Below are positions 1 through 8,828 of a stretch of DNA of 64,000 nucleotides, one piece after another. The DNA is from a virus: IMG/VR virus record IMGVR_UViG_3300028800_000062, positions 32,001 to 96,000 of that record; one strand, 5' to 3'. Below the pieces are notes generated by a model, which was given only the letters and a program-made list of their open reading frames with translations, ran no database searches and was not told where the DNA came from. Position numbers and translations under genes: made by a program. Position 1 is the first letter of the stretch. Each line of letters starts with the position of its first letter.

Positions 1-948
1 ACCTTCTGTGGACCGGGCAAGTCATTCCCGGTTCCCGACTGCGCGCACGTCACCGCGGCCCGCCGGTTGATTGGCAAAGCCAAGGTCAGCGAAGACGTCA
101 AGAAGCGCATTCTTTCCTGCGTGGCGGGCAAGGCCAAATCCATGTCCTGCTCCGCAGAAGAGAAGAAGGACCGGATCACCGACAACCCGGCATTCAAAAC
201 GCTCACCGACCACTGGGTGGATGGGCCGGACGACGGCAAGAAGCCGTTTACGCACTCCGCACAGATGTTGCAGCATATCGATGACACCCACATGGTGCAT
301 GAGGGTCTCGAAGAGCATGAACGGCCGCACTTCCGGGAGGCTCTCTACTGCCTGCAGAACCTGTGGTCCGCCAGCGGCTCGATCGATCATATCAAGCAGC
401 ACATCGCCAATCGGGGCGAAACCATTATTCCGGCCAAGGATCTCGAACAGCTGCATGAGGCCATCGGCCGCTATGAGCTGGACCTGAAAGAGCAGAAGGC
501 AGAGATTGACCTGCTCACTCAGGCGCAGAAGGCCATCATCACCGACTCCAAGCAGAACATCGCGCGGATCGTGGTATTGAGCAGCATGCTGCTGAAGGAA
601 CAAGGTTTTGAGGGACTGGACACCGCCCAAATCCAAACTGAGATTGATGCCCGGTCCAAGCGTAGTCTGGACAGCCTGAAAGATTCCCTGGACGATCTGC
701 AGAAGAAGCTCCAGGGTGATCCGGCGCCCTCCGGTAAGAAACAGGATGATGTTCCGGTCCGGCAGGTCAGTGACAAGGCCCAAGTAGCGGATCCGCCCGT
801 CACCACCGAAGCCCCCTCTCAGGACAGCGAGACTGAGGAACCCCAGGTGAACGCGAATATGCTGCGAGCCCTTTCCCCGCGTGAACGCACCCGCGTAATG
901 CTCCGGGAAAGATCCCGCCGGCTGAAACAGTCGCTGGGAACGAACTAA
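1..948 (+). CDS. Prohead scaffold/protease-associated protein, C-terminal part (5' truncated by window)
   Basis: Frame is open from base 1 (TFCGPGKSFPVPDCAHVTAARRLIGKAK...), followed by a long coiled coil; lies two genes upstream of the capsid gene. Function inferred from position and coiled coil. Confidence 0.6.
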   Translation, partial: TFCGPGKSFPVPDCAHVTAARRLIGKAKVSEDVKKRILSCVAGKAKSMSCSAEEKKDRITDNPAFKTLTDHWVDGPDDGKKPFTHSAQMLQHIDDTHMVHEGLEEHERPHFREALYCLQNLWSASGSIDHIKQHIANRGETIIPAKDLEQLHEAIGRYELDLKEQKAEIDLLTQAQKAIITDSKQNIARIVVLSSMLLKEQGFEGLDTAQIQTEIDARSKRSLDSLKDSLDDLQKKLQGDPAPSGKKQDDVPVRQVSDKAQVADPPVTTEAPSQDSETEEPQVNANMLRALSPRERTRVMLRERSRRLKQSLGTN

Positions 949-971
949 CAGTTAGTTAGGAGATAAGAGTT

Positions 972-2141
972 ATGTTTGACGTCAACAATCAATATACCGG
1001 GACATTCTTCGGTAAGGACCGTATCGGCTTTACCACCCCGGATGCCGAGGGTAGCGAAATCCTGCGCCCGTTTCTTCCGGTTCCCTACCCGGCCCCCTGG
1101 CTGCCCATCCGTCGGCGTGACGAAGGTCATCCGGTAGGCGCCGGCGTGGTTCTGAGTTCGAACTATGTGGTGGGTCTCGATTCTTCGGGAGCTCTGATTC
1201 CGGCCGGACTGCGTAGCGGTCCTACCGGCAACGGCGGCCCTGCCCAGTATCTGCAATACGGCCCCGACGATGTAGGGTTCACCTATAACCCCATCACCGG
1301 TGTGCCGGTGGCTTCCGCCACGGAAACGGCTTTGATCGCCTGCGCTTCGGACGCTAGCACTTCCGCTGGCATCACGGTCAACGGGATCGTTTTTACAGGC
1401 GCCCAGGTGACTGCGGCGCTGGCCTGCACGCTGGTCGCTGGCGGCATCTCCCGCCCGATCGGCTATGTCATCCGGAACGTCTTCCAATTCCTGGGCGGCG
1501 TTAATGTCACCAGCACCACCGGTGGCATGCAGTACACCATCGACAGCATGAACCCGGCCAAGGCCCGCGTGACCAACTACATGCACGAGCCCGGCACCGC
1601 CGTACAGACCTCCGCAGTGTTGCGCATGCCCTGGATTGGGGCTACGCCCAGCACCCTGCAGACTCTGGCCACTGCGGCCGGCTTGAGCACCTCGCAATAC
1701 CAACAGGACGCCTGGTCGCAGAGCTTCCTGCATATGTGCGGTACCAAGGGTGCCAGCGTCGGACAGTTCTTCCCCGGCTGCTCGGTAGTTCCTGGGGACC
1801 AGAACGGCGCCGCGGATTCCGGTCACTTCATTCCGTACGATTCGACCAAGCACAGCTTCGATCAGATCTGCGGCCGCGTGATCGGCGTGGAAAGCATGTA
1901 CCCCATTCACGGATATGCGGACCGCGTACGCACCCAGTTTGACCGCGCGCAGAACTTCGTCGGGCCTTTCACCGAATCGCATCCGACGCAGATGATGATG
2001 GGCGGCAGCGCCACCAAGGGTCTGGACTATCAGATCAACATTTCGACCAAGGGTCTGTTGCGCTCCTTGCTGCTCGCCGGTGTTACCAACATTCCGGCGG
2101 AAGCGGCCACGTATGCCTGGATCGCATTCCGTTCGGTGTAA
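972..2141 (+). CDS. Head structural/decoration-like protein
   Basis: 389 aa, strong SD (aggag) at about 958, Gly/Thr-rich beta character, located between scaffold and capsid genes. Confidence 0.55.
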   Translation: MFDVNNQYTGTFFGKDRIGFTTPDAEGSEILRPFLPVPYPAPWLPIRRRDEGHPVGAGVVLSSNYVVGLDSSGALIPAGLRSGPTGNGGPAQYLQYGPDDVGFTYNPITGVPVASATETALIACASDASTSAGITVNGIVFTGAQVTAALACTLVAGGISRPIGYVIRNVFQFLGGVNVTSTTGGMQYTIDSMNPAKARVTNYMHEPGTAVQTSAVLRMPWIGATPSTLQTLATAAGLSTSQYQQDAWSQSFLHMCGTKGASVGQFFPGCSVVPGDQNGAADSGHFIPYDSTKHSFDQICGRVIGVESMYPIHGYADRVRTQFDRAQNFVGPFTESHPTQMMMGGSATKGLDYQINISTKGLLRSLLLAGVTNIPAEAATYAWIAFRSV

Positions 2142-2149
2142 CTAACCAT

Positions 2150-2365
2150 ATGATGACTCTCCGATCTGCGGTGATTAAAGGCCGTGCCCGCTTTACTCCG
2201 GATGGACTGCGCTGCGCGAATCCCCGGGAAGCGGACGAAGAGCGGTTGTGCAACAAGTTGATCTGCAAGCCAAATGATGCAGGTCAGACGGCCGGCAAGT
2301 TTCGTTGCGATCGCTGCAAGCAGGACATTGAAGTTGCTTTGGTCCTGCCGCGGCGCGTAGCTTAG
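2150..2365 (+). CDS. Mu Com-like zinc-finger protein (putative translational regulator)
   Basis: 71 aa with RC..(insertion)..CNKLI...FRCDRC, matching the Com-family pattern RCxxCNKLL...KCPRC; immediately upstream of the capsid gene. Confidence 0.6.
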   Translation: MMTLRSAVIKGRARFTPDGLRCANPREADEERLCNKLICKPNDAGQTAGKFRCDRCKQDIEVALVLPRRVA

Positions 2366-2390
2366 AGCAGTATTCAAACTAGAGGCTCAG

Positions 2391-2431
2391 TGGAAGCCCT
2401 AAGTCCTTTTCAAAGGAGTTAGGTACTTCCA
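2391..2431 (+). promoter_or_regulatory. SD-sequestering hairpin at the capsid translation start
   Basis: tggaag/cttcca, cctaa/ttagg and tcctt/aagga pair around a ttca loop, burying the SD (aaggag) and the A of ATG 2431. Confidence 0.7.
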
Positions 2432-3792
2432 TGGGTAAAAAAGCAGTCAAGAAAACGCAAGATTGGGCCGTCCAGCTGGACAAAGATGACCTGATTAACT
2501 TAAACCTGCTCGATACGGTCTTCCGTACCAACGGATTCGATCCGGACGGCGAGCACATGATCATGAAGGACGCGATGGATGTTCCCAACGCCGCGTTCCT
2601 GATTCCGCGTGTGCTAACCCAATTCGTGCAGGAAGGTGTGGAACCCCTGCTAGTCGGTGCCAACCTGTTGCAGCGGATTGAGTACATCCCCGGTATGCAG
2701 ACGGTCTTCCCGGCCATCGATGTGTTGAACGCGCGAGAAGTGGGCGACGGCATGGGCCTCCCCATCTTCAACATCAACATCGGCGGCGGCCAGACTTACG
2801 GCGTGTCCGTCAAACGGCACGGCCTGATGCTGCGCATCGCGGAGCGCTTTGTTGACCAGAGTTCCTACCCGTGGCTCAACTGGTGGGTCAAGCTCGCTGG
2901 TCAAGCCCTGGCGCGCCACAAGGAAGAGTACATCTTCAACTGGATCACCTCTTTGGGCACGTTGGTCTTCGATAACTCCACCGCCGCCCGCACCACCAAC
3001 GGCGCCGGTCTGACCACCAGTGGCCAGGCGCAACCTATCAAGGGCGTCACCACCGGCCGCAACATCATGGGTGTTTTCAACGGCTCCATGACCATGGACG
3101 ACGTCTATGATCTGTACGCCACCACGCTGACTCAGGGCTTCATTCCCGACACCCTGTTAGTGCACCCAATGACCTATCTCATGTGGGTCAAGGACCCGGT
3201 TATGAGAGAATTTGCAATCCAAGCCGGCGGTGGAAACTTCTTCCAGGCCTTTACAGGCAACGCTGCGGCTAAGGCATTCGAAGGGCAGTACAACTTCTTC
3301 GGCCTCGGCCAGGGTCTTGGACAAACCGGTAAGTTCGAAAACGGTACGCAGCTCGGCACCGGGCAGACCGGGACCGCACAGGGACTGCCGCAAAACCAGA
3401 CCTCCGCTCCCACGCTGCTCAACTATTTGGGCCTCAACTTCACCATCCTGGTGTCGCCGTTTGTGCGCTTCGACCCGCTCGGCCGCAATACGGACATCAT
3501 GCTGTTTGACCGCCGCAACCTGGGCGCCCTGATCGTCGACGAAGATCCGCACGTCAACTCATTCAACGATCCGCACTACAACCTCCGCAACATCGGTGTG
3601 GAGGAGACGTACGGCTTCGGCATTTTGAATGAAGGACAGGCCATCACCGTAGCCAAGAACGTGGCCATCCGCCCGAACGAGTTTGTCCTGCCGGCCCGCG
3701 CCGTGATGAATATCAGCGAAGCAGGCAGCACGTTCCAACAGCTCAGCACCATCAACCAGTTCGGTACCAATCCGACCTCGGTATTGTCGTAA
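2431..3792 (+). CDS. Major capsid protein (HK97-fold, large-phage type)
   Basis: 453 aa; segments LIPRVLTQFVQEGVEP, KRHGLMLRIAERF, GQALARHKEE, PDTLLVHP, EETYGFGILNEGQAI are typical of large-phage capsid proteins; strong SD and downstream terminator. Confidence 0.9.
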   Translation: MGKKAVKKTQDWAVQLDKDDLINLNLLDTVFRTNGFDPDGEHMIMKDAMDVPNAAFLIPRVLTQFVQEGVEPLLVGANLLQRIEYIPGMQTVFPAIDVLNAREVGDGMGLPIFNINIGGGQTYGVSVKRHGLMLRIAERFVDQSSYPWLNWWVKLAGQALARHKEEYIFNWITSLGTLVFDNSTAARTTNGAGLTTSGQAQPIKGVTTGRNIMGVFNGSMTMDDVYDLYATTLTQGFIPDTLLVHPMTYLMWVKDPVMREFAIQAGGGNFFQAFTGNAAAKAFEGQYNFFGLGQGLGQTGKFENGTQLGTGQTGTAQGLPQNQTSAPTLLNYLGLNFTILVSPFVRFDPLGRNTDIMLFDRRNLGALIVDEDPHVNSFNDPHYNLRNIGVEETYGFGILNEGQAITVAKNVAIRPNEFVLPARAVMNISEAGSTFQQLSTINQFGTNPTSVLS

Positions 3793-3800
3793 TCCTACCA

Positions 3801-3843
3801 CGGAGGCGGCGGTTTAGCGACTGCCGCCTCCGGTTCACTTTTC
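3801..3843 (+). terminator. Intrinsic terminator after the capsid gene
   Basis: 13-bp stem cggaggcggcggt/actgccgcctccg followed by gttcactttt. Confidence 0.8.
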
Positions 3844-3853
3844 GAATATCCAT

Positions 3854-4363
3854 ATGGCGAAGATCATTGAGTTTCCCCATCCCGCGGCGCCTGATTATAA
3901 CGGCCGCGTGGTCATGCTCGACCGTGCCAAGGCTAATCGCTTTCAGTGCCGTGGCTTGAATTTAGGCATGCGCAACCAGATGGCCGTCGTGCCGTCCGAC
4001 GCCTCTATGCCCATGATCCGGAAAGCCATCGAGGATGGCATCCTGATCGATCTCACGGAACACCCGGAGATCTGGGAACAGGCTAAAGCCAAAGAGTTGG
4101 CCGTCGACGAAAGCGATGTAGGCAAGAAGTCTTTCACTGCTACCCGCCAGTTCTTCCGGGATCTAGGTATTGATCCAGATCCTGAAGCCTCCGGCGATGA
4201 GATGGTCTGCTACTGCACGGCGGACGCCGATGAACAAAAGCGGATCGAACAAGCCATACCTAAGGCGCTGCAACCGGCGGTAGCCGGCCAGCCCGTCCAA
4301 CTACCCTCAGGTCTGTTTGTGCCACCGGGAATGGACAATCCGGATAAATACCTGCTGCGATGA
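3854..4363 (+). CDS. Hypothetical head-associated protein
   Basis: 169-aa ORF directly after the capsid gene; ATGA overlap with the next gene. Confidence 0.6.
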   Translation: MAKIIEFPHPAAPDYNGRVVMLDRAKANRFQCRGLNLGMRNQMAVVPSDASMPMIRKAIEDGILIDLTEHPEIWEQAKAKELAVDESDVGKKSFTATRQFFRDLGIDPDPEASGDEMVCYCTADADEQKRIEQAIPKALQPAVAGQPVQLPSGLFVPPGMDNPDKYLLR

Positions 4364-5274
4364 GTGCCCCTCTCATTCAATCCACAGCGCCGGCGCCCGG
4401 CGAAACGGATGTGGTGCTCGGCCGCGCCATCATCATCCTGTTTGACCAACCCGTCAATCCTCAGTCCCTGAGCAGCGCTACGTTTTCTCTGCAGGGCCCT
4501 GGACAAACCGCTATTGTGGCCTCCGACGGCAGCATCATCTCGGACGTCACTGCGCCTACCGGGCGCGAATACATCACCGGAACCTTCACCTTCCCCGCCC
4601 CCGGACCTACGGATACTTTCCTCCAGAACCAGCAACTGATCTTCACTCCAGCGGCCACCCTGCGAGCCGGAGTCATTTACACGGTCCTGCTGGTGGGTGC
4701 GACCTCCGTCCTGGCGACCACTTACATCAAGAACCCGGCCGGCGAGGCCATGGCGGAAAGTTACAAGTTCACTTTCACTACCGGCACCATTAATGAGAGC
4801 GTCACTCCGCCTACGTCGCCGGTTGCTCAACTCAATCCCTGGGAACTTCCGGTTCTCGATCCATCCCAGATTCAAGTGTCTCCTAAGGCTGCGATCGGCA
4901 ACAACCTGAGTACGGTCACACTGACCTTCCCCGCCCCCATCGATCCGAATTCCTTCAGCCCCAGCGATCTACTGGTCGCACTCGAGCCGCTGCTGGGCGA
5001 TCCATCCATTATTGTCGATCCTGCAAGCGCTTCTATCAACATTGCCGGGAACACCATGACAATTACGATCAGTACGCCTGTGAATCCCCCAGTGAACACA
5101 TCCACTGGTCGGACTCCGGTATCGATCTACGGTATTCAGCCACCCACCACCGGCGACTGGCTGCAGGGAGATTCGGTTGTCAACACCATTCCTGTATCCG
5201 GCGGCAATATCGGCTGGATCTGCGTAGCCGGAGGTAACCCGGGCACTTGGGAACCTTACGGCATCATAGGGTGA
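4360..5274 (+). CDS. Ig-like (Big_5-type) virion protein with C-terminal GxPGTW module
   Basis: N-terminal pattern PAPGETDV...IIILFDQPVNPQSL...LIFTPAATLRAGVIYTVLL...YKFTFTT; C-terminus PTTGDWLQGD...GWICVAGGNPGTW. No signal peptide. Confidence 0.7.
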   Translation: MSAPLIQSTAPAPGETDVVLGRAIIILFDQPVNPQSLSSATFSLQGPGQTAIVASDGSIISDVTAPTGREYITGTFTFPAPGPTDTFLQNQQLIFTPAATLRAGVIYTVLLVGATSVLATTYIKNPAGEAMAESYKFTFTTGTINESVTPPTSPVAQLNPWELPVLDPSQIQVSPKAAIGNNLSTVTLTFPAPIDPNSFSPSDLLVALEPLLGDPSIIVDPASASINIAGNTMTITISTPVNPPVNTSTGRTPVSIYGIQPPTTGDWLQGDSVVNTIPVSGGNIGWICVAGGNPGTWEPYGIIG

Positions 5275-5279
5275 CTTTC

Positions 5280-8200
5280 ATGCGAATCTCCTTGGCCGCT
5301 TTAGTACTGATGCTCGCGAGTCTTCCCGGTCAAGCCCAGGTTCCCGCGGGCGGAGCTCTTACAGGCAACTTCCCTCGGCCGCACCTGGCCCCAGTGCAGA
5401 CGGATGTGCTTACTTTCCAGGGCAACCTGACATTTACCGGAAGCCTGGATGCCTCCGCGAGTCTGAATACCAAGCCAATCCAGATCGGCTCGGTGTTGCC
5501 GCCTACACCTTGCAGTCCCTGGTCCTGGTTTATTCTGACCACCGGCGTGCCAGGCCAGAACTTGTACGAATGCACTCTTAGCGGCACATGGCTCGAAGTA
5601 CTAGGTATCGGGGGTGGCAATGGTAATGTTCCGTTCGGCGGAACTGCTGCGCAGGTGCTGCGCGGCGACCTTACCTGGTTAACTCTAAACAGCGATGCCG
5701 TTCCGGAAGGAACGACAAACCTGTATTTCAGCCAGGCGCGCGCCATTGCCGCGTTATCCGGTTTGTATCAGGCTCCCATCTTAGGAGCTCCATCTACCTG
5801 GCCTACTTTGGCGACCGTCAGTTCCACGGGAAGTTACAACGACCTCTTGAACAAGCCGACGATCCCCGCCGGCCAGGTCAACGCCGACTGGAATGCAGTA
5901 TCAGGCCTGGCGGCAATTGCAAACAAGCCTACGGTTCCCGGTAACACTTCGCAGCTTCCGGAGAGCGGCAATCTTTACTTCACCAATGCCCGCGCGGTCG
6001 CAGCCATGAGTGGGCTCTATCAGACGCCTATCTCCAATGCGCCAGGTGTCTGGCCAAGTTTCGCCGCCGTGGCCATAAGCGGCGCATATTCCAGTCTGTC
6101 CGGACTGCCCACCATCCCGGCCGCACAGATCAATGCCGATTGGAATGCCAGTTCCGGCCTGTCTCAGATCCTCAACAAACCGACGATTCCCACTACCACC
6201 AGCCAGATCAGTGAAGGGACGAACCAATACTTCACTCCAGCCCGTGTTGTTTCGGCGATGGCCGGCTTGTATCAATCGCCTATCTCCGGTGCTCCAGGGA
6301 CCTGGCCTGGTTTCGCGGCCGTCGCCACAAGCGGAAGCTACGTGGACTTAAGCAATAAGCCCACAATCCCCGCAGCTCAGGTAAACAGCGATTGGAGCGC
6401 AGTCAGCGGGCTCGCGCAGATCCTGAATAAGCCGACGATCCCGACGAACACTTCACAGATCACCGAGAATGGCAACCTTTACTTCACCCCAGCGCGCGTA
6501 CTGTCTGCGATGTCTGGACTGTACCAGGCGCCCATTACCGGCGCTCCCGGGACGTGGCCAGGCTTCGCCGCGGTGGCAACGTCTGGCAGTTACGCCGACT
6601 TGTCGAACAAACCAACGCTGGTAACTCTCGGCGGATTCGCCAACCCAATGTCCGCGGCCGGCGACTTCATCGTAGGAGGCGCCGGAGGCGTACCGCAAAG
6701 ACTGGCCGCTCCGGCCAACGGTACCTACTGTCCGAACTGGTCTACCGGGGTAGTCACTTGGATCGCCTGCCCGGGAAGCGGCGGCGGAATATCTTCGATC
6801 ACAATGACCGTTCCCTCCGGATTTGGTATCGCCGGCTCGCCGCTGACTGCAAATGGCACGCTGGCCATTTCCTTGGCCTCTCAGTCCGGCAGCTATGCAC
6901 TCATAGCGCCGACCGCAGGTGGTGTTCCTACCTGGCGCGCACTCGTACCCGCAGATATACCGATGCTGAACCAGTCTACTTCTGGAAACGCGGCCACCGT
7001 CACCAACGGCCTATATTCCAACGGAACTTACAACGACCCGTTGTGGCTGACGCTGACCTGGGCCGGCGGAAGGATCACGGGCATCCCGTCCTTCGCAGCT
7101 GTGGCCACGACTGGCGCATATTCGAGCCTATCCGGTTTGCCTACGATCCCAGCCGCCCAGGTCAACTCTGACTGGAACGCAATTTCCGGACTGGCTCAGA
7201 TCCTGAATAAGCCGACGATCCCATCCAATACGTCACAGATCACCGAAAGCGGCAATCTATACTTCACCAATGCCCGCGTACTGACGGCCATGTCCGGCTT
7301 GTACCAAGCCCCGATCTCTGGAGCTCCCGGCACCTGGCCTAGCTTTGCGGCCGTGGCCACATCCGGTAGTTATGCGGATCTCAGCAGCAAACCTACCTTG
7401 ATATCGCTGGGCGGCTTCGCAGATCCGATGACCACAATCGGTGACTTCATCGTGGCCGGCGCGTCCGGCGTACCGCAACGCTTGGCGGCTCCTACAAATG
7501 GAACGTATTGTCCGAACTGGGCGACCGGCGTGGTGACCTGGACTTCCTGTCCAGCAGGCATTTCTTCAATTACGTTTACCGTTCCTTCAGGATTCAGCGC
7601 GTCCGGGTCTCCCCTGACCGCGAATGGCACACTGGGCTTTTCCCTTGCCAGCCAGGGCAACAGCTATGTGCTGATAGCTCCTACGGCGGGGGGTGTCCCT
7701 ACCTGGCGTGCTCTGGCACTCACCGACATTCCCACCACGCTGACGGGCATCACCTTGGATTCGGTAACGCCTACGACATTCGGTTACTTGGATGCCACCT
7801 CCAGCATTCAGACCCAACTGAACGGCAAACAGAACACCATCAGCGGCGCCCCGGGAACGTGGCCTACTCTCGGAACCGCCGCCGCACAGAACACGGGAAC
7901 ATCCGGAGCAACCCTTGGGTTACTGAACGGAACGTTGACCTTCTCGGGCGCGAATAATTACGGTACGCCGGCCAGTATCAACTTAGCGAATGCGACCTTC
8001 CCCACGCTCAACCAATCGACCAGCGGCAACGCCGCCACGGCTACCAGCATTGCCGCCGGGGCAGTGGGGGCTATCCCATATCAGTCCGCAGCAAGCACCA
8101 CGGTATTCCTGCCCGGCAATGTCGCCGCAACCGATCAGGTAATGGTGAGCCACGGCACCGGCGCCGCCGCGCAAGCCCCTACGCTCAGTAACGCTCCCGC

Positions 8201-8828
8201 CCTTTCTATTACCAGTATGACTGGCACGCTCCCCGCAGCACTCGAACCGGCCCATACAGGCGATATGCATAATACCGCGGGCAGCCTGGTGACTGTAGTA
8301 GCAGCCATTAACGGCGTCACGGTGTCGGGTAGCGCGACGGCCGGCAAGATTCTCAACGCCACAAGCGGCATCGCCGCGGCCTGGACGGCAACGCAGACGC
8401 TCGGGGCATCCGGCACTCTCGGTTCGCTGACGATGGGGAACGCCACCAGCGGTTTACTTACCTTGCAGCCTGTGACGGGGGCTCTCGGCACGGTCACGAT
8501 GTCGATCCCAGTGCCTGTTGGCGGATCTACCCTGACGCAGACCATTGCTAACGTCCAATTGGCGCTGCCTACCGTGGCGGTGGCCGGCAACGCGTGCAGC
8601 GCGAGTGCTACGACCGCTACGGCAACAGGTGCCGCCACTACTGATACCACAGCAATCACTTATGCCTCTGATCCAACCGCCGTGACTGGATACGGCGCAG
8701 GAACGAACGGTGGCATCACGATCCGGCCTTGGATCACAGCAAACACCATCAACGTGAAGTTGTGCAATGAGACGGGGACGAGTATTACACCAGGGCCTCT
8801 GACCATCAACCTGAGGGTCACACGATGA
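5280..8828 (+). CDS. Repeat-rich tail-fibre-like protein with signal peptide
   Basis: Likely start ATG 5280 (MRISLAALVLMLASLPGQA-Q); multiple copies of an approximately 90-aa unit QVNSDWNAxSGLAQILNKPTIP...EGxNLYFT...FAAVATSGSYxDL, motifs common in phage fibres. Confidence 0.75.
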   Translation: MRISLAALVLMLASLPGQAQVPAGGALTGNFPRPHLAPVQTDVLTFQGNLTFTGSLDASASLNTKPIQIGSVLPPTPCSPWSWFILTTGVPGQNLYECTLSGTWLEVLGIGGGNGNVPFGGTAAQVLRGDLTWLTLNSDAVPEGTTNLYFSQARAIAALSGLYQAPILGAPSTWPTLATVSSTGSYNDLLNKPTIPAGQVNADWNAVSGLAAIANKPTVPGNTSQLPESGNLYFTNARAVAAMSGLYQTPISNAPGVWPSFAAVAISGAYSSLSGLPTIPAAQINADWNASSGLSQILNKPTIPTTTSQISEGTNQYFTPARVVSAMAGLYQSPISGAPGTWPGFAAVATSGSYVDLSNKPTIPAAQVNSDWSAVSGLAQILNKPTIPTNTSQITENGNLYFTPARVLSAMSGLYQAPITGAPGTWPGFAAVATSGSYADLSNKPTLVTLGGFANPMSAAGDFIVGGAGGVPQRLAAPANGTYCPNWSTGVVTWIACPGSGGGISSITMTVPSGFGIAGSPLTANGTLAISLASQSGSYALIAPTAGGVPTWRALVPADIPMLNQSTSGNAATVTNGLYSNGTYNDPLWLTLTWAGGRITGIPSFAAVATTGAYSSLSGLPTIPAAQVNSDWNAISGLAQILNKPTIPSNTSQITESGNLYFTNARVLTAMSGLYQAPISGAPGTWPSFAAVATSGSYADLSSKPTLISLGGFADPMTTIGDFIVAGASGVPQRLAAPTNGTYCPNWATGVVTWTSCPAGISSITFTVPSGFSASGSPLTANGTLGFSLASQGNSYVLIAPTAGGVPTWRALALTDIPTTLTGITLDSVTPTTFGYLDATSSIQTQLNGKQNTISGAPGTWPTLGTAAAQNTGTSGATLGLLNGTLTFSGANNYGTPASINLANATFPTLNQSTSGNAATATSIAAGAVGAIPYQSAASTTVFLPGNVAATDQVMVSHGTGAAAQAPTLSNAPALSITSMTGTLPAALEPAHTGDMHNTAGSLVTVVAAINGVTVSGSATAGKILNATSGIAAAWTATQTLGASGTLGSLTMGNATSGLLTLQPVTGALGTVTMSIPVPVGGSTLTQTIANVQLALPTVAVAGNACSASATTATATGAATTDTTAITYASDPTAVTGYGAGTNGGITIRPWITANTINVKLCNETGTSITPGPLTINLRVTR
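5690..7740 (+). repeat. Degenerate internal repeats (approx. 270-nt units plus a duplicated approx. 330-nt block)
   Basis: Five NLYF/NQYF...SGxY units, and the block PMxxxGDFIV...GTYCPNW...PTWRAL occurs twice; homologous copies in genes at 48233 and 55346. Confidence 0.8.

Noticed and set aside
5690-7740. CRISPR array or DGR template/variable repeats
   Set aside because: The repeats are in-frame coding units differing mainly at synonymous sites, not adenine-specific, with no unique spacers and no reverse transcriptase in the window.
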